A stretch of 40,912 nucleotides of DNA, taken from the IMG/VR virus record IMGVR_UViG_3300037461_000370, positions 1-40,912 of that record, one strand, 5' to 3'. The notes below the pieces were generated by a model, which did not search any database, had not been told where the DNA came from, and was given only the letters and a program-made list of their open reading frames with translations. Of this stretch, positions 25,332 to 35,800 are shown piece after piece (the stretch's first letter is position 1; each line of letters starts with the position of its first letter). The DNA is from a virus. Taxonomy: Duplodnaviria; Caudoviricetes. The position numbers and the translations under genes are program-made.

Positions 25332-27066
25332 GAAAGATAAGATGGTAGAGTTTGTTACGAGTGAGTTCAATCGATATGAACAATTCCACAAGGAACGGTT
25401 TGACAAGGCAGAGAAGACTTACGAGGCTTGGACTAACAAGGCTGCTAAGAGAGGTCAACCTTGGCAGAATAATGTCCACGTTCCTATCATGGTTGAAGGT
25501 GAACAGACTATTACTCCAAGATTATTTACAGCCCTCTTCCCTACAGATGCACCTCTGGATGTTCATGTTGAGGGTGATACCCCTGAAGAACAAGGTATGA
25601 GGATTAAAGGGTTGCTTCAGCATAGCTTCAGGGTAGCTGATGTGCAAGGTGAAGCACTACCTATGTTATCCCAATGCACCTTGTATGGCACAGGATATAT
25701 CGATGGAGGGTCATGGTTAGTCAAGCGCGGGTGGCAGGTAGATGAGTTTGGTAATAGATATAATACTATCGTGGAGAGCAGGCCTGACGCCAAGTTCGTC
25801 AGTTTCTTTGAGATGTTTCCTCACCCTGCAAAGTTATCTGTCAATGATGGTTTGCCTCTCATACGCAGGAGATTCTGTGATGCAGAGTTCCTGAAGAACT
25901 TGCAGGATAATCCTAACTGGGATACGAGCAAGATTGAGGAAGCTCTTAATTCAACGCCTGTATTTAAGACCAAGGATGCTGCTAAGATTTATCAGACCAA
26001 GCCTTGGGATGAATATGAGATACTTGAATATTGGGGACCGTGGGATGAGTCATATGATAAAGATAAAGAAGTTGCAACCAAGAAAGCAGTACCGTACTGG
26101 ATTATAGTTATTAACAGGGCAGTCAAGATTCGCGGGATACCAAATCCATATAACCATCAGATGCCTCCATATTGCAAGGTTAAATTATTTGAAGATACCA
26201 AGCCGTCATGGTTCGGCGTTGGGATAGGTCAGATAGGATATTCAACGCAGGAAAGGTTGAATAAGTTAGTTAACCAACGCTTGGATAACGTTGACCTTGT
26301 GCTTAACAAGCAGGGTTGCTATAACGGCAATGATCCTTTAATCAATGTTAAGAAGTTAGGTGTATCCCAGCCAGGCAAATGGCATAAGGTATCAGATACA
26401 CAATTGTCTATGCGTTGGATGGATACTCCTGATGTTACTGCCAGTTCATACAAGGAAGAGGAATTAGCCAAGAATGACTTCAGGGAAGCCACAGGTGCCA
26501 CAGCTCATCTTATGCCTGGTGAGGAAGGTGCGCACAGGACGGCATTAGGTATCCAGATGTTACAGGGCGCAGCAGGTATGCGATTCAGGCCTGTGTTGAG
26601 GAAGATGGAGTTAGACTTTATACAGAACATAGCTATGTTCTTTTTCTCCAACCTCAAGCAGTTCATGACTGAGGAGGAGTGGGTATTGATTACTGGCAAG
26701 GGTGGTGAGTTGCAACCAGTCAGGATAACGCCAGAGGAGATACAGGCTAAGGTATTCTTCATACCAACGGGTGTATCAGAGACTATGAACAAGGAAGTTC
26801 AGGTAGGCCAGTTAATCAGGTTCAAGGAAATTACCATGCAAGATCCAACGATTAACAGACAGGAGATTAACAAGCGTATTGCTGAATTGATGGGATTCAA
26901 GGATATCAATAGGTTAATAGTACCTCAACAGCCATTATCACAAGGCGGTCTTGGCCCACAGGAACAGGCGTTGATAAGACAGAGAATAGCTGAAGGTGCT
27001 GATCCTGCTGCCATCAAGGAGGAGATGTTAGGTGTTCCTCCACAAGAGGGTGAGGTGCAGGGATGA
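25321..27066 (+). CDS. Portal protein (P22/podovirus-like)
   Basis: 581 aa; LYGTGY, WFGVGIG, QERLNKLVNQRLDN, RTALGIQMLQGAA; heads the scaffold-capsid module; GGAGG RBS. Confidence 0.88.
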   Translation: MENEKDKMVEFVTSEFNRYEQFHKERFDKAEKTYEAWTNKAAKRGQPWQNNVHVPIMVEGEQTITPRLFTALFPTDAPLDVHVEGDTPEEQGMRIKGLLQHSFRVADVQGEALPMLSQCTLYGTGYIDGGSWLVKRGWQVDEFGNRYNTIVESRPDAKFVSFFEMFPHPAKLSVNDGLPLIRRRFCDAEFLKNLQDNPNWDTSKIEEALNSTPVFKTKDAAKIYQTKPWDEYEILEYWGPWDESYDKDKEVATKKAVPYWIIVINRAVKIRGIPNPYNHQMPPYCKVKLFEDTKPSWFGVGIGQIGYSTQERLNKLVNQRLDNVDLVLNKQGCYNGNDPLINVKKLGVSQPGKWHKVSDTQLSMRWMDTPDVTASSYKEEELAKNDFREATGATAHLMPGEEGAHRTALGIQMLQGAAGMRFRPVLRKMELDFIQNIAMFFFSNLKQFMTEEEWVLITGKGGELQPVRITPEEIQAKVFFIPTGVSETMNKEVQVGQLIRFKEITMQDPTINRQEINKRIAELMGFKDINRLIVPQQPLSQGGLGPQEQALIRQRIAEGADPAAIKEEMLGVPPQEGEVQG

Positions 27067-27266
27067 TGGATAAGAGGAGTGCTAAGGAGTTAATACAGAC
27101 TATATTATGGAAGGAATACTGCGAAGAAATAGATGCTCGTATTGAGAGTACTATCCGTCAGTTGAAGTCTTGTAATCCTGACCAGTTAGTCAGGTATCAG
27201 AGTCGTATAACCTTCCTGGAGGAAGCTAAGAATATTCCACAGGATGTTATAGATAGAGAATCATAG
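27063..27266 (+). CDS. Small helical protein between portal and scaffold
   Basis: LW....E...L...YQSRI.FL...NIP; position typical of podovirus head modules. Confidence 0.65.
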   Translation: MMDKRSAKELIQTILWKEYCEEIDARIESTIRQLKSCNPDQLVRYQSRITFLEEAKNIPQDVIDRES

Positions 27267-27326
27267 CCCAGGGACTATTTCCCTGTTCGGCTCAGTTGAC
27301 CGTATCAACTGCAATGGGAGGAAGTT

Positions 27327-28082
27327 ATGGTAGAAACCCCTAATGCTGGAGTAGTAAATCCTGACCCAGCACAGGATCCTAACGCTGCGGGACAAGGCAG
27401 TGCAACGCCTACACCTGGGGCGGAATCAGGTGCTTCAGGCGCTCAACCTGATAATGAGCAGAAGACAGTTCCTATTACAGCTTTACATGAAGAGAGGGAG
27501 AAACGGCAAGCCCTCCAAGCCCAGCTTGATGCGCTTAAAGCTACGGTCGGAACCCAGGTTCATTATGACGCATACGGTAATCCTATTCCTGTTCAGGCAG
27601 CTCCACAAGTGTCTCAACAGAACGACGTTGCTAGGCAATTGGATACCTTATGGGAAACTGATCCTAGGAAAGCTATGCAGACTGAATTACAATTGGCTGT
27701 TCAATGGTATGATAGCGTAAATATGCAACTTGATACTCAGGAGAATGAAGCTATCAAGAAATTTCCAGACTATATGAACTATAGGTCAGAAGTTAAGACA
27801 TATTTGAATAGATTACCGTTGAATCAACGTTCTACACCAAGGATTGTTGAAACAGCTTACTTTGCTGTTAAAGGCCAATATGTAGATAGGATCATAGCTG
27901 AAAACCAAACGAAGTTGTTGGATAAGATTAAGCGTGGTGAGCAGATACAGGGCTTGGGCGCGGCAGGCACGTCTTCCGTGTCTAATGTTCCGAAGGGTAC
28001 CCAGTTGACGCCAGAACAGAAATCTGTGGCAGCAGCTATGGGTTTAACTGAAGATGATTACATTAAACACATGAAGAAATAG
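27327..28082 (+). CDS. Capsid scaffolding protein
   Basis: Disordered N-terminus, VPITALHEEREKRQALQAQL coiled coil, C-terminal LTPEQKSVAAAMGLTEDDY. Confidence 0.8.
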   Translation: MVETPNAGVVNPDPAQDPNAAGQGSATPTPGAESGASGAQPDNEQKTVPITALHEEREKRQALQAQLDALKATVGTQVHYDAYGNPIPVQAAPQVSQQNDVARQLDTLWETDPRKAMQTELQLAVQWYDSVNMQLDTQENEAIKKFPDYMNYRSEVKTYLNRLPLNQRSTPRIVETAYFAVKGQYVDRIIAENQTKLLDKIKRGEQIQGLGAAGTSSVSNVPKGTQLTPEQKSVAAAMGLTEDDYIKHMKK

Positions 28083-28087
28083 GAGGC

Positions 28088-28363
28088 GTGATGGGACTGT
28101 TAATCAGAACAAGTAGTATGCCAAGAGGCATGAACAAAGGTGCGTTTAGGGGTAAGCTTACTTGCCCTGTTTGTGAAAGTGAAGCTGTCCGCTATGTGGA
28201 AAACGTTGGACCAACCAGATTGCGTTACCGTTGTAGAAAATGTGGTTTGCCGTTCCAATATGATATCTCTGGTGGCAGTGTCCTTAACAATCATCCGTAT
28301 GCACCATTTAAAAAACCAAAGTGGCAGAAGATTGTAGAATCATCTGCTTATAGGGAGAAATAG
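28088..28363 (+). CDS. Zn-ribbon protein in head module
   Basis: CPVCES...YRCRKCG; AGGAGG RBS. Confidence 0.7.
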   Translation: MMGLLIRTSSMPRGMNKGAFRGKLTCPVCESEAVRYVENVGPTRLRYRCRKCGLPFQYDISGGSVLNNHPYAPFKKPKWQKIVESSAYREK

Positions 28364-28378
28364 AAAAGGAGATTTACA

Positions 28379-29182
28379 ATGGCTAAGTATCATTATGATT
28401 TAACACATGCAGAGATCATCATGAAAGATGTTCCTGTATATGACGCTGCAACGATAGCTGCTGGTGAGTTTATTATGCTAGGTACTACTGATCCAGATTC
28501 TGGTACTGATGAATCCAGGTCATTTGTAACTGCATATAGTGGGACTCCTGCCAATAGCTGTATTGATGCGTTAGGTGTATCGCTTGAAACTGTTACTACA
28601 GCATCTTCAGTAAGCGTGGCTGCTGGGTATTCAACTACCACAGGCCCATGCTATGTGAAGGCGATTATTAACCCTTTTGCGGTATATCTTACAGAGCAAT
28701 CCTTTGCGGCAGCTGATGATGTTGCAATCACATCAACTTCGACCACAACTGTTACTATCGCTTCGATGGAAGATGATTTAGATGGTTGTTGGGTATACTT
28801 CCCTCTCACCAAAGCTGGTGTTAAAGGAAGTTTGAGGTTATTGACTGCATCAGCATCAGGCAGTGCAACGATGGATACTGCATTGGTAACAACTGGTGAT
28901 GGATCCGATACATGCTGTTTGATTGTTCCTCCTTATCAATATAGTTTGAATTTAGAAGCTACTGCTATTAAAGTATCTTCAGGCAACATGCAGTCACAGT
29001 TGAATGAAGCTACTAATATCAGAGTAGTTCAAACTTATATTGACAGGGATCAAGGATTAGAGATTATGAAGCCAAGTGTGCATTATAATCTTGATAATCT
29101 ACATCTTGTAAAGGGTGGCAACGGTCCGAAGGTGTACTATGATCTGTTATTGAAAGATCATATCTTCGGAGTTCAAGAATAA
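28379..29182 (+). CDS. Putative capsid decoration/cement protein
   Basis: 267 aa Thr/Ser/Ala-rich, immediately upstream of MCP; AAGGAG RBS. Confidence 0.6.
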   Translation: MAKYHYDLTHAEIIMKDVPVYDAATIAAGEFIMLGTTDPDSGTDESRSFVTAYSGTPANSCIDALGVSLETVTTASSVSVAAGYSTTTGPCYVKAIINPFAVYLTEQSFAAADDVAITSTSTTTVTIASMEDDLDGCWVYFPLTKAGVKGSLRLLTASASGSATMDTALVTTGDGSDTCCLIVPPYQYSLNLEATAIKVSSGNMQSQLNEATNIRVVQTYIDRDQGLEIMKPSVHYNLDNLHLVKGGNGPKVYYDLLLKDHIFGVQE

Positions 29183-29197
29183 CAACGGAGGTTTTAA

Positions 29198-30094
29198 ATG
29201 GGTATTGTTGCTAGTGAAAATTTTGGGTATCTGCTTGATCCAGGATTACGCAAGATTTTCATGGATGAGTACGGACAACCCGATAGCCAGATCGATAAAG
29301 TGTACGGAATGGAGAAATCCACGAAGGCAGTTGAATACGATTACGCTCTCGGGGGCCTGGGTGACTTAGAGGAGTTCACTGGGACAATAGGATACAGTGA
29401 TTTTTCAGGTCAGTACAGGGTATCTTATACTCACAAAGAGTGGGTAAAGGGTATAAAGATAGAGAGGAAGTTAGTTGATGATGATCAATACAGTGTCATT
29501 AACAAGCGTCCTCAATCTCTAGCGTTGGTCGCTAAGAGAACCAGAGAGAAACATGGTGCATCCATCTTCAATAATGCGTTTTCAACAACGATATTTGCTG
29601 GTGGAGATACCTATGCTCTCTGTGCGTCTGCACATACCTTCAACGGGACAAGTGCAACACAGTCCAATAGTGGTACGTCAGCGCTGTCCAAGACATCTCT
29701 CGCTGCTGCAAGATTAGCAATGAGAGACTATATGGACGATACAGATAATCTAATCAACGCCCAAGGCGATCTTTTGTTGGTTCCGCCAGAACTCGAGCAG
29801 ACTGCTTGGGAACTCACGCAAACCAAACAGGAAGTAGGCACTGCTAATAACACTGCCAACTTCTGGTCAGGTCGCTACAAGGTGATTGTATGGGATTATC
29901 TATCCGATACGAACAACTGGTTCCTCATTGATTCCAGGTATGCAAAGATGTTCCTGAAGTGGTTTGACAGGGTACCTGTTGAGTTCAATAAGGACAAAGA
30001 CTTCGATACATATGTGAGCAAATGGTCTACCTACACAAGATACAGCTATGGCTTCTCATCTTGGCAGTGGATCTACGGCAACAATGTAACATAG
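29198..30094 (+). CDS. Major capsid protein (Mu gpT-like HK97 fold)
   Basis: LLDPGLRKIF, LLLVPPELEQTA, WDYLSDTNNWFL, RYSYGFSSWQWIYG. Confidence 0.88.
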   Translation: MGIVASENFGYLLDPGLRKIFMDEYGQPDSQIDKVYGMEKSTKAVEYDYALGGLGDLEEFTGTIGYSDFSGQYRVSYTHKEWVKGIKIERKLVDDDQYSVINKRPQSLALVAKRTREKHGASIFNNAFSTTIFAGGDTYALCASAHTFNGTSATQSNSGTSALSKTSLAAARLAMRDYMDDTDNLINAQGDLLLVPPELEQTAWELTQTKQEVGTANNTANFWSGRYKVIVWDYLSDTNNWFLIDSRYAKMFLKWFDRVPVEFNKDKDFDTYVSKWSTYTRYSYGFSSWQWIYGNNVT

Positions 30095-30104
30095 TCTAGT
30101 AGAC

Positions 30105-30136
30105 GGTGGGGAGGGTAACTCAAAGCCCTCTCCACC
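30105..30136 (+). terminator. GC-rich hairpin after MCP (possible terminator or RNA stabiliser)
   Basis: ggtggggaggg...ccctctccacc 11-bp stem; lacks a clear U-tract. Confidence 0.45.
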
Positions 30137-30226
30137 TGTAGTGCCGTGTAAGGTGTGGTTAGATTCCACACGTCAGCTCATGCGAGTTTTAAGACAGGGA
30201 GTTGATACTGAAACAAGGAGGATTAA

Positions 30227-31210
30227 ATGAGTTTAACAAATTTCCCTCATGGGATATCAAGTTTTGGAGTACCTGTTGTTGGTGCTGGTGGTATAATGAC
30301 ACAAGGTAATTGTTACTTTGTTAACCCGCGCACTGGTAGTGATGGTAATGACGGTAAGAGTCCTGAGTCAGCTAAGGCAACGCTCGCAGCTGCATATAAC
30401 CTATGTACTGAGAACCAGAATGATGTAGTATATCTGTTGTCTTCTAGTAATACCTCAGCGAGTACTACTTGCTACTTATCTTCAGCTTTGACATGGTCTA
30501 AGAGTTTGACACATCTTGTTGGTGTTTCTTCTCCAACCATGATAGGCAAGCGTGCACGTATAGCACAGACAAGCACAGCAACAGGCGTGACTGGGTTAAT
30601 AACCCTATCAGGAAATAGTTGTATATTTGCTAACTTAACCATATGGCAGGGTGTTGATGATGCTACATCATACAACGCATTGGAAGTTACTGGTGATAGG
30701 AATTACTTCTACAACGTTAACGTCCAAGGTTTAGGGTCTGATACACAGAGAGGAACTGCTAGCGTGTATGGTATGAGATTAAACGGCGCAGAAGAGAATA
30801 CATTTGAGAAATGCGTTATCGGGTTAGATACAATTGCTGGCGGTGCTGCTGAGTTAGACATTGCTGGTGATTCCAGGGATAACATATTCAAAGAATGTAT
30901 CTTCTTGAAATGTGCTGGTGCAGCAGGAAACCTGATGGTTGCTATTGAAGATGACGGTCTATTAGGTTTCACGTTGTTTGACAGATGTATGTTTATCAAC
31001 ACACCTACCGCAGCAGGTGCTGTTACAACTATGACTACTGCTTTCACAAATACTAAAGCACTTACTGATTTTGACGGTGTGGTAGTACTCTATATGCCAA
31101 TCATGGTTGGTATCACTGATTTAGGTACTGGTGGTGCTTACTATGGTTTAGGTATTGGTGCATCTGACCAGACAGCTACAGATTTAGGTTTGTCTGAAGC
31201 ATTATCGTAG
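30227..31210 (+). CDS. Right-handed beta-helix (pectin lyase-like) virion protein
   Basis: YFVNPRTGSDGNDGKSPESAKATLAAA cap, then repeating N.F.NC/F..C.F rungs; AAGGAGG RBS. Confidence 0.75.
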   Translation: MSLTNFPHGISSFGVPVVGAGGIMTQGNCYFVNPRTGSDGNDGKSPESAKATLAAAYNLCTENQNDVVYLLSSSNTSASTTCYLSSALTWSKSLTHLVGVSSPTMIGKRARIAQTSTATGVTGLITLSGNSCIFANLTIWQGVDDATSYNALEVTGDRNYFYNVNVQGLGSDTQRGTASVYGMRLNGAEENTFEKCVIGLDTIAGGAAELDIAGDSRDNIFKECIFLKCAGAAGNLMVAIEDDGLLGFTLFDRCMFINTPTAAGAVTTMTTAFTNTKALTDFDGVVVLYMPIMVGITDLGTGGAYYGLGIGASDQTATDLGLSEALS

Positions 31211-31303
31211 TTCAACCTTGGGTGGGAGTAGTGACACGACATTACAGAAAATTACTGTATACAATAGGTGTTTCACTTAACTCCCACCCACCAAGGAGGA
31301 TTT

Positions 31304-31774
31304 ATGGATAATCCGTTTGTACCTCCGAAGAGACAGAAAGACCCATATATATTATCTGTGTCGGAGAGAGAGAATTTAATACAGGAGAAGAAGGAATTAG
31401 AGGCTACTATCAGGGATGCTGAGTCTGGTGAGTATGGTCAAGGTACCAGAGCAAGCGTTGACAAGGTGACTCTTAAGAGGCAGGTAGACCAGATTGATAC
31501 AGCTTTGCACCAGAATAGGGCGCGCAATTTGAGTAGTTCAGATAAGGATAAAGTCTCCAATATGGCTAAACAACTGGAGAATGAGATAAAGGATGGTATG
31601 CCTACTTATGATGAGATGCATGCTCCTGATAAGCATCCTGGTGCAGTCAGGAAACAATACGAGTGGGAGAAGAAGAATGCGCATAAGATAGAACGTTGGA
31701 AATACTTAAGGCGTCAGTTGGAACCCAACGATCCAACAGTATCTAATGTGGAACAATTGAGACGAGGAAGATAA
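31304..31774 (+). CDS. Hypothetical coiled-coil protein
   Basis: Start MDNP after GGAGG; charged, helical. Confidence 0.7.
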   Translation: MDNPFVPPKRQKDPYILSVSERENLIQEKKELEATIRDAESGEYGQGTRASVDKVTLKRQVDQIDTALHQNRARNLSSSDKDKVSNMAKQLENEIKDGMPTYDEMHAPDKHPGAVRKQYEWEKKNAHKIERWKYLRRQLEPNDPTVSNVEQLRRGR

Positions 31775-32211
31775 TGGGAGAACCGATCCGTTCAGATTCT
31801 ATTACATGGGGTGAGAATGCAGAACATCCTACATATTCAGACCATCACTACGTACGTTGTGGTCATTGTGGGTTTGTCTGTAATACAGACAGGGATGTAG
31901 TTGATAGGGATGGTTCAAGGGCTGGAGATGGTTATTCCAGATATTATACACAGTTATCGGTGGCGGTAGCTATCGGTGATACGACAATCAACGTTGATTC
32001 AACGACAGGTTTTCCCACAACTGGAACAGCTTATATTCATGCTACTAATGGTAGTGGGATGATGCCTTTTGCTTATACAGGGGTGAGTTCCACAACGTTT
32101 ACAGGAGTTACTGGTGTGGTTAAAGCATTTGCTATAGATGATTATGTTAGATATGATACAATTAGTACTGGTTGCCCGATGTGTGGGAGTTTAAGATACA
32201 AGGAGATTTAA
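31774..32211 (+). CDS. Split Zn-ribbon protein with inserted virion-type domain
   Basis: CGHCG near the N-terminus and CPMCG at the C-terminus flank AIGDTTINVDSTTGFPTTG. Confidence 0.65.
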   Translation: MGEPIRSDSITWGENAEHPTYSDHHYVRCGHCGFVCNTDRDVVDRDGSRAGDGYSRYYTQLSVAVAIGDTTINVDSTTGFPTTGTAYIHATNGSGMMPFAYTGVSSTTFTGVTGVVKAFAIDDYVRYDTISTGCPMCGSLRYKEI

Positions 32212-32212
32212 A

Positions 32213-32881
32213 ATGATTAGGACAAGAATCAGGGATTTGATACGCAAGAAACTGATGGAAACTACATCTTCATTCTGGACTGATACCGAACTCAACAATT
32301 GGATAAATGATGCTGGCCATGACGTAGCGTATAAGACTAGGTGTATCCAGACTACTGGTACTATGGCTACGGTAGCGAGTACTAGTGAGTATACTTTATC
32401 TTCATACTTCACAGGGATTATCTCCGTTACAGACTGTTACCTCTACCAGAATGGTACTACTTGGGTTAAGTTAGATCCTACCACCAGGCAGGCATTAGAT
32501 GTATTACATCCTGGTTGGAAGAATGCAGCAGCAGGTGTCCCTAGTCAATATTATTTTGAGTATGAACGTAATGGAACGCTAGGTCTATATGTTAAGCCTA
32601 ATAGCACTAATGCAGGTTCAGGTTATTTGAGTGTCTATTATGGAAAAGATTATACAGACCTGTCTGCCGATGGTGACAGTCCTGCTTACATACCAGAGTT
32701 ATTACAACAAGGTATGGTTGAATATGTGGTTGCTACAGGCTTGGAGACTAGAGGTTTCAATGATAAGGCTAACAATGCATGGCAGAAATATAATACCAAG
32801 ATGCAGGAGTATTTTGCATTGAGACAGAATATACAATTCGAGGATGATGATATTATAATGAAGAGTATCTACAATATATAG
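32213..32881 (+). CDS. Head-tail adaptor (tail tubular protein A-like)
   Basis: FWTDTELNNWINDA, GVPSQYY, LGLYVKP, IPELLQQGMVEYV. Confidence 0.75.
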   Translation: MIRTRIRDLIRKKLMETTSSFWTDTELNNWINDAGHDVAYKTRCIQTTGTMATVASTSEYTLSSYFTGIISVTDCYLYQNGTTWVKLDPTTRQALDVLHPGWKNAAAGVPSQYYFEYERNGTLGLYVKPNSTNAGSGYLSVYYGKDYTDLSADGDSPAYIPELLQQGMVEYVVATGLETRGFNDKANNAWQKYNTKMQEYFALRQNIQFEDDDIIMKSIYNI

Positions 32882-32891
32882 TGGGGGAAAT

Positions 32892-35800
32892 ATGGCTCTA
32901 GACGTTGAAGTAAAACCATGGTATCTTAAAACTCTGCCTGGCATGAACAGTAAGGTAGAGGACTTGGAACTACAGAATAGGTGGGTTGAGATAGCGCAGA
33001 ATACTAGGTTCGAGGAAGAACCTGGAACTGTTACCAAGCGTGCTAGACTCACGTATTTTAATTCATCTTCGAAAGGTACAGGAGCTGTAATGAACTTATA
33101 CAGGCTCTATGCTGGTGGTGTGACTAAGTGGATCATGATTCATGGTACAGTGGCATATGTCGGAGATGATAGTGCAGGAACATTTACTAGTATCAGGACT
33201 GGTTTAACTACAGGCAAGCGTTCATCTTTCGTAACTTATAAGAATATAATGATAGTCTCTAACGGTTACGATAATCCGTGGTGTTATGATGGTACTAGCA
33301 GTAATGTTACGTGGGAGCTAGGTGCTTGCAAGGCTGTCTTAACCGCAGGAGGGTCGAACCTTGATTCGGGAGCTGCGTATTATTATGCTGTTACGATTGA
33401 TGCTGATGCTTACGTATGTGGCGCGGTTTCTAATACTGTTACTACAGATGCAGATAACAGGAAAGTAACTTTGAGTAACATACCTACTGGGCCTGTTGGT
33501 ACTACCAATCGTAAGATATATCGGGTTGAAGGTGGTGGTAGCGATTTAAAATTGCTTGCTACAATAGCTGATAATACGACTACTACATACGTAGATGATA
33601 TTGCTGATGGCAGTTTAGGTGCAGCTTATCCTGCTGTTACAGATGATATGCCTAAAGGATTCCTTCTCCAATCGCATAGAGAGAGGTTATTTATCTCTGG
33701 TGATTTAAACAATCAGAGTCGTATCTATTATTCCAACGTTGGTCTGCCTCACTATATTCAGCAGACTACTAACACAGATTATATGGATGTTAATCCTGAT
33801 GATAATGATGAGATTACAGGGATACCTATTCAACTTGGAGTTATGTGTTGTGTGAAGAAGAATACTATCCGTAAATTATATATTACATCATCTGCCAGCA
33901 CGGCAGATCCTACAACCTGGTATGCTGAAGATCCAGTATCATGGAATGGTTGTCCTGCTCCATGGTCTATTACGCAGACACCTATGGGAATCATTTATCT
34001 CGGTTGGGATCATTGGTATGTATTCAACGGTACCTTTTCTAAACCTATCATAGATGAATTCGATACGGAAGGCATACTGGCTGCTGATTATAATGAAGTA
34101 GTATCTCATTTCAACAATAATATACTCTTGGCTGCTTATACTGATAAGACTTTAGCTACAACTTACCATAACAGGGTTATGCGTTATAATTTTAAGCGTG
34201 AAGCTCTAAGCTATGATACTATAGACGCTAACTGTTTTGGTTCAAAGATTGGTAAGGATGAGAAAGGTGATTTGTTCTATGGTGATTCCCAGAATGGTTA
34301 TGTCTATCAGGCAGAGAATACGGACATATACTATTCGTTACAGAAGAAGAGTGATTTATCAGCAGGAACTGCGACAGATACATACATAGGCGGTACTGAG
34401 GACGAACCATATCTGGAGATAGGTGGGGATTCAGCGCCTAATACCATACCAGATGATATCTGTATATTATGGGATAATGAATCTACTTCACCTGGAACTG
34501 GGTGGGTAGATATTACGTCAACATTGAATGGTAAATTTATAATGTTTTCCAGTACTGCTGCTACGACTGGAGGAGGTGCTGGGCATACTCATACCTTTGC
34601 GGGTAATCTTGCTACATCCAACGTTGGTAATGCAAATGCTGGAGATGATAACCCACAATGTATTGGTGGAAACCATGAACACACTATTACAGGCACGTCT
34701 GCTACAGGTTATGCACAACCTAGGTATATCCAGTTTAGGATATTTAAAGCTAGTTCTTGTACTGCTACGGCATTCCCAGATGGTGCTATAGTCATGTATG
34801 ATCAGGATGAAACTCCTGAAGGTTGGGAACAGGTAGTTACAGGTATAGGTTATTATATCAGGATAGGTGCTACTAGTTTAAATTCTGCCACATTCCATAG
34901 CCATACCCATACATATTCAATTACTTCAAGTTCTACTAACAGTTATACTAATTCAGATGGCGGTGGTGATTGTGCTAATGGTATCCATAATCACGTTTGT
35001 TCTGGTACTTCATCATCCACTAGCTTAGATACTTGGGAATTAGATTATGTATCGTTTAGGTTTATCAAGAAAGTTGGTGAGGAGAGTACTTGGGATGGTA
35101 GTAGTAAATATGTCTATTGTATGTACGCAGGCGCAGGCACGCCAGGTGGAGATTGGTCAGCAGTTACCACATATAATAATATGTTCTTGAAGATAGGTAA
35201 CGGTGATCCTGCTACAGGTTCCGCGGCCAACGCTTCTCATTTACATGGTGGGCTAGCGGGTACCTCAGCGCAAGAAGGTCAAACTGGTGGTAATGGTGGT
35301 TATCATGCTGTGGCGCTTACACATCATACCCATTCATATACTATGACGTCTTCTTCAGATTCAGCAGATACTCCTCCATATTACACTATGAGATTAATGA
35401 AGATGCTACTTGGAAAGATGAATACATACAATGCTGCCTGGATAAGTGCTTATACATCAGGTATCTGGGTATCACCTGCTATGGAACTCAAGGCATTGAC
35501 GCTTAAGAAATTATTTTGGAATGAAACTTTATCTGGTACTGATGATGTTGTATTATATACCAGGACTGCTGCCACCTCTGCCTTGTGCACGCAGACGGAG
35601 GCTTGTACCGTTGGAGATGCGGGCGATGGTGACATGCAGATAACAGATAACGGACATGGATTAAGTAATCTTAATCGTGTCGTATTCTCGGCAGCTACAC
35701 TCCCTACGGGACTCCTGAATGATATAGTTTATTATGTCAGGAATAAGGCAGATAATACATTTGAATTATCAACGACTCCAACAGGAACTGTGTTAACTTA

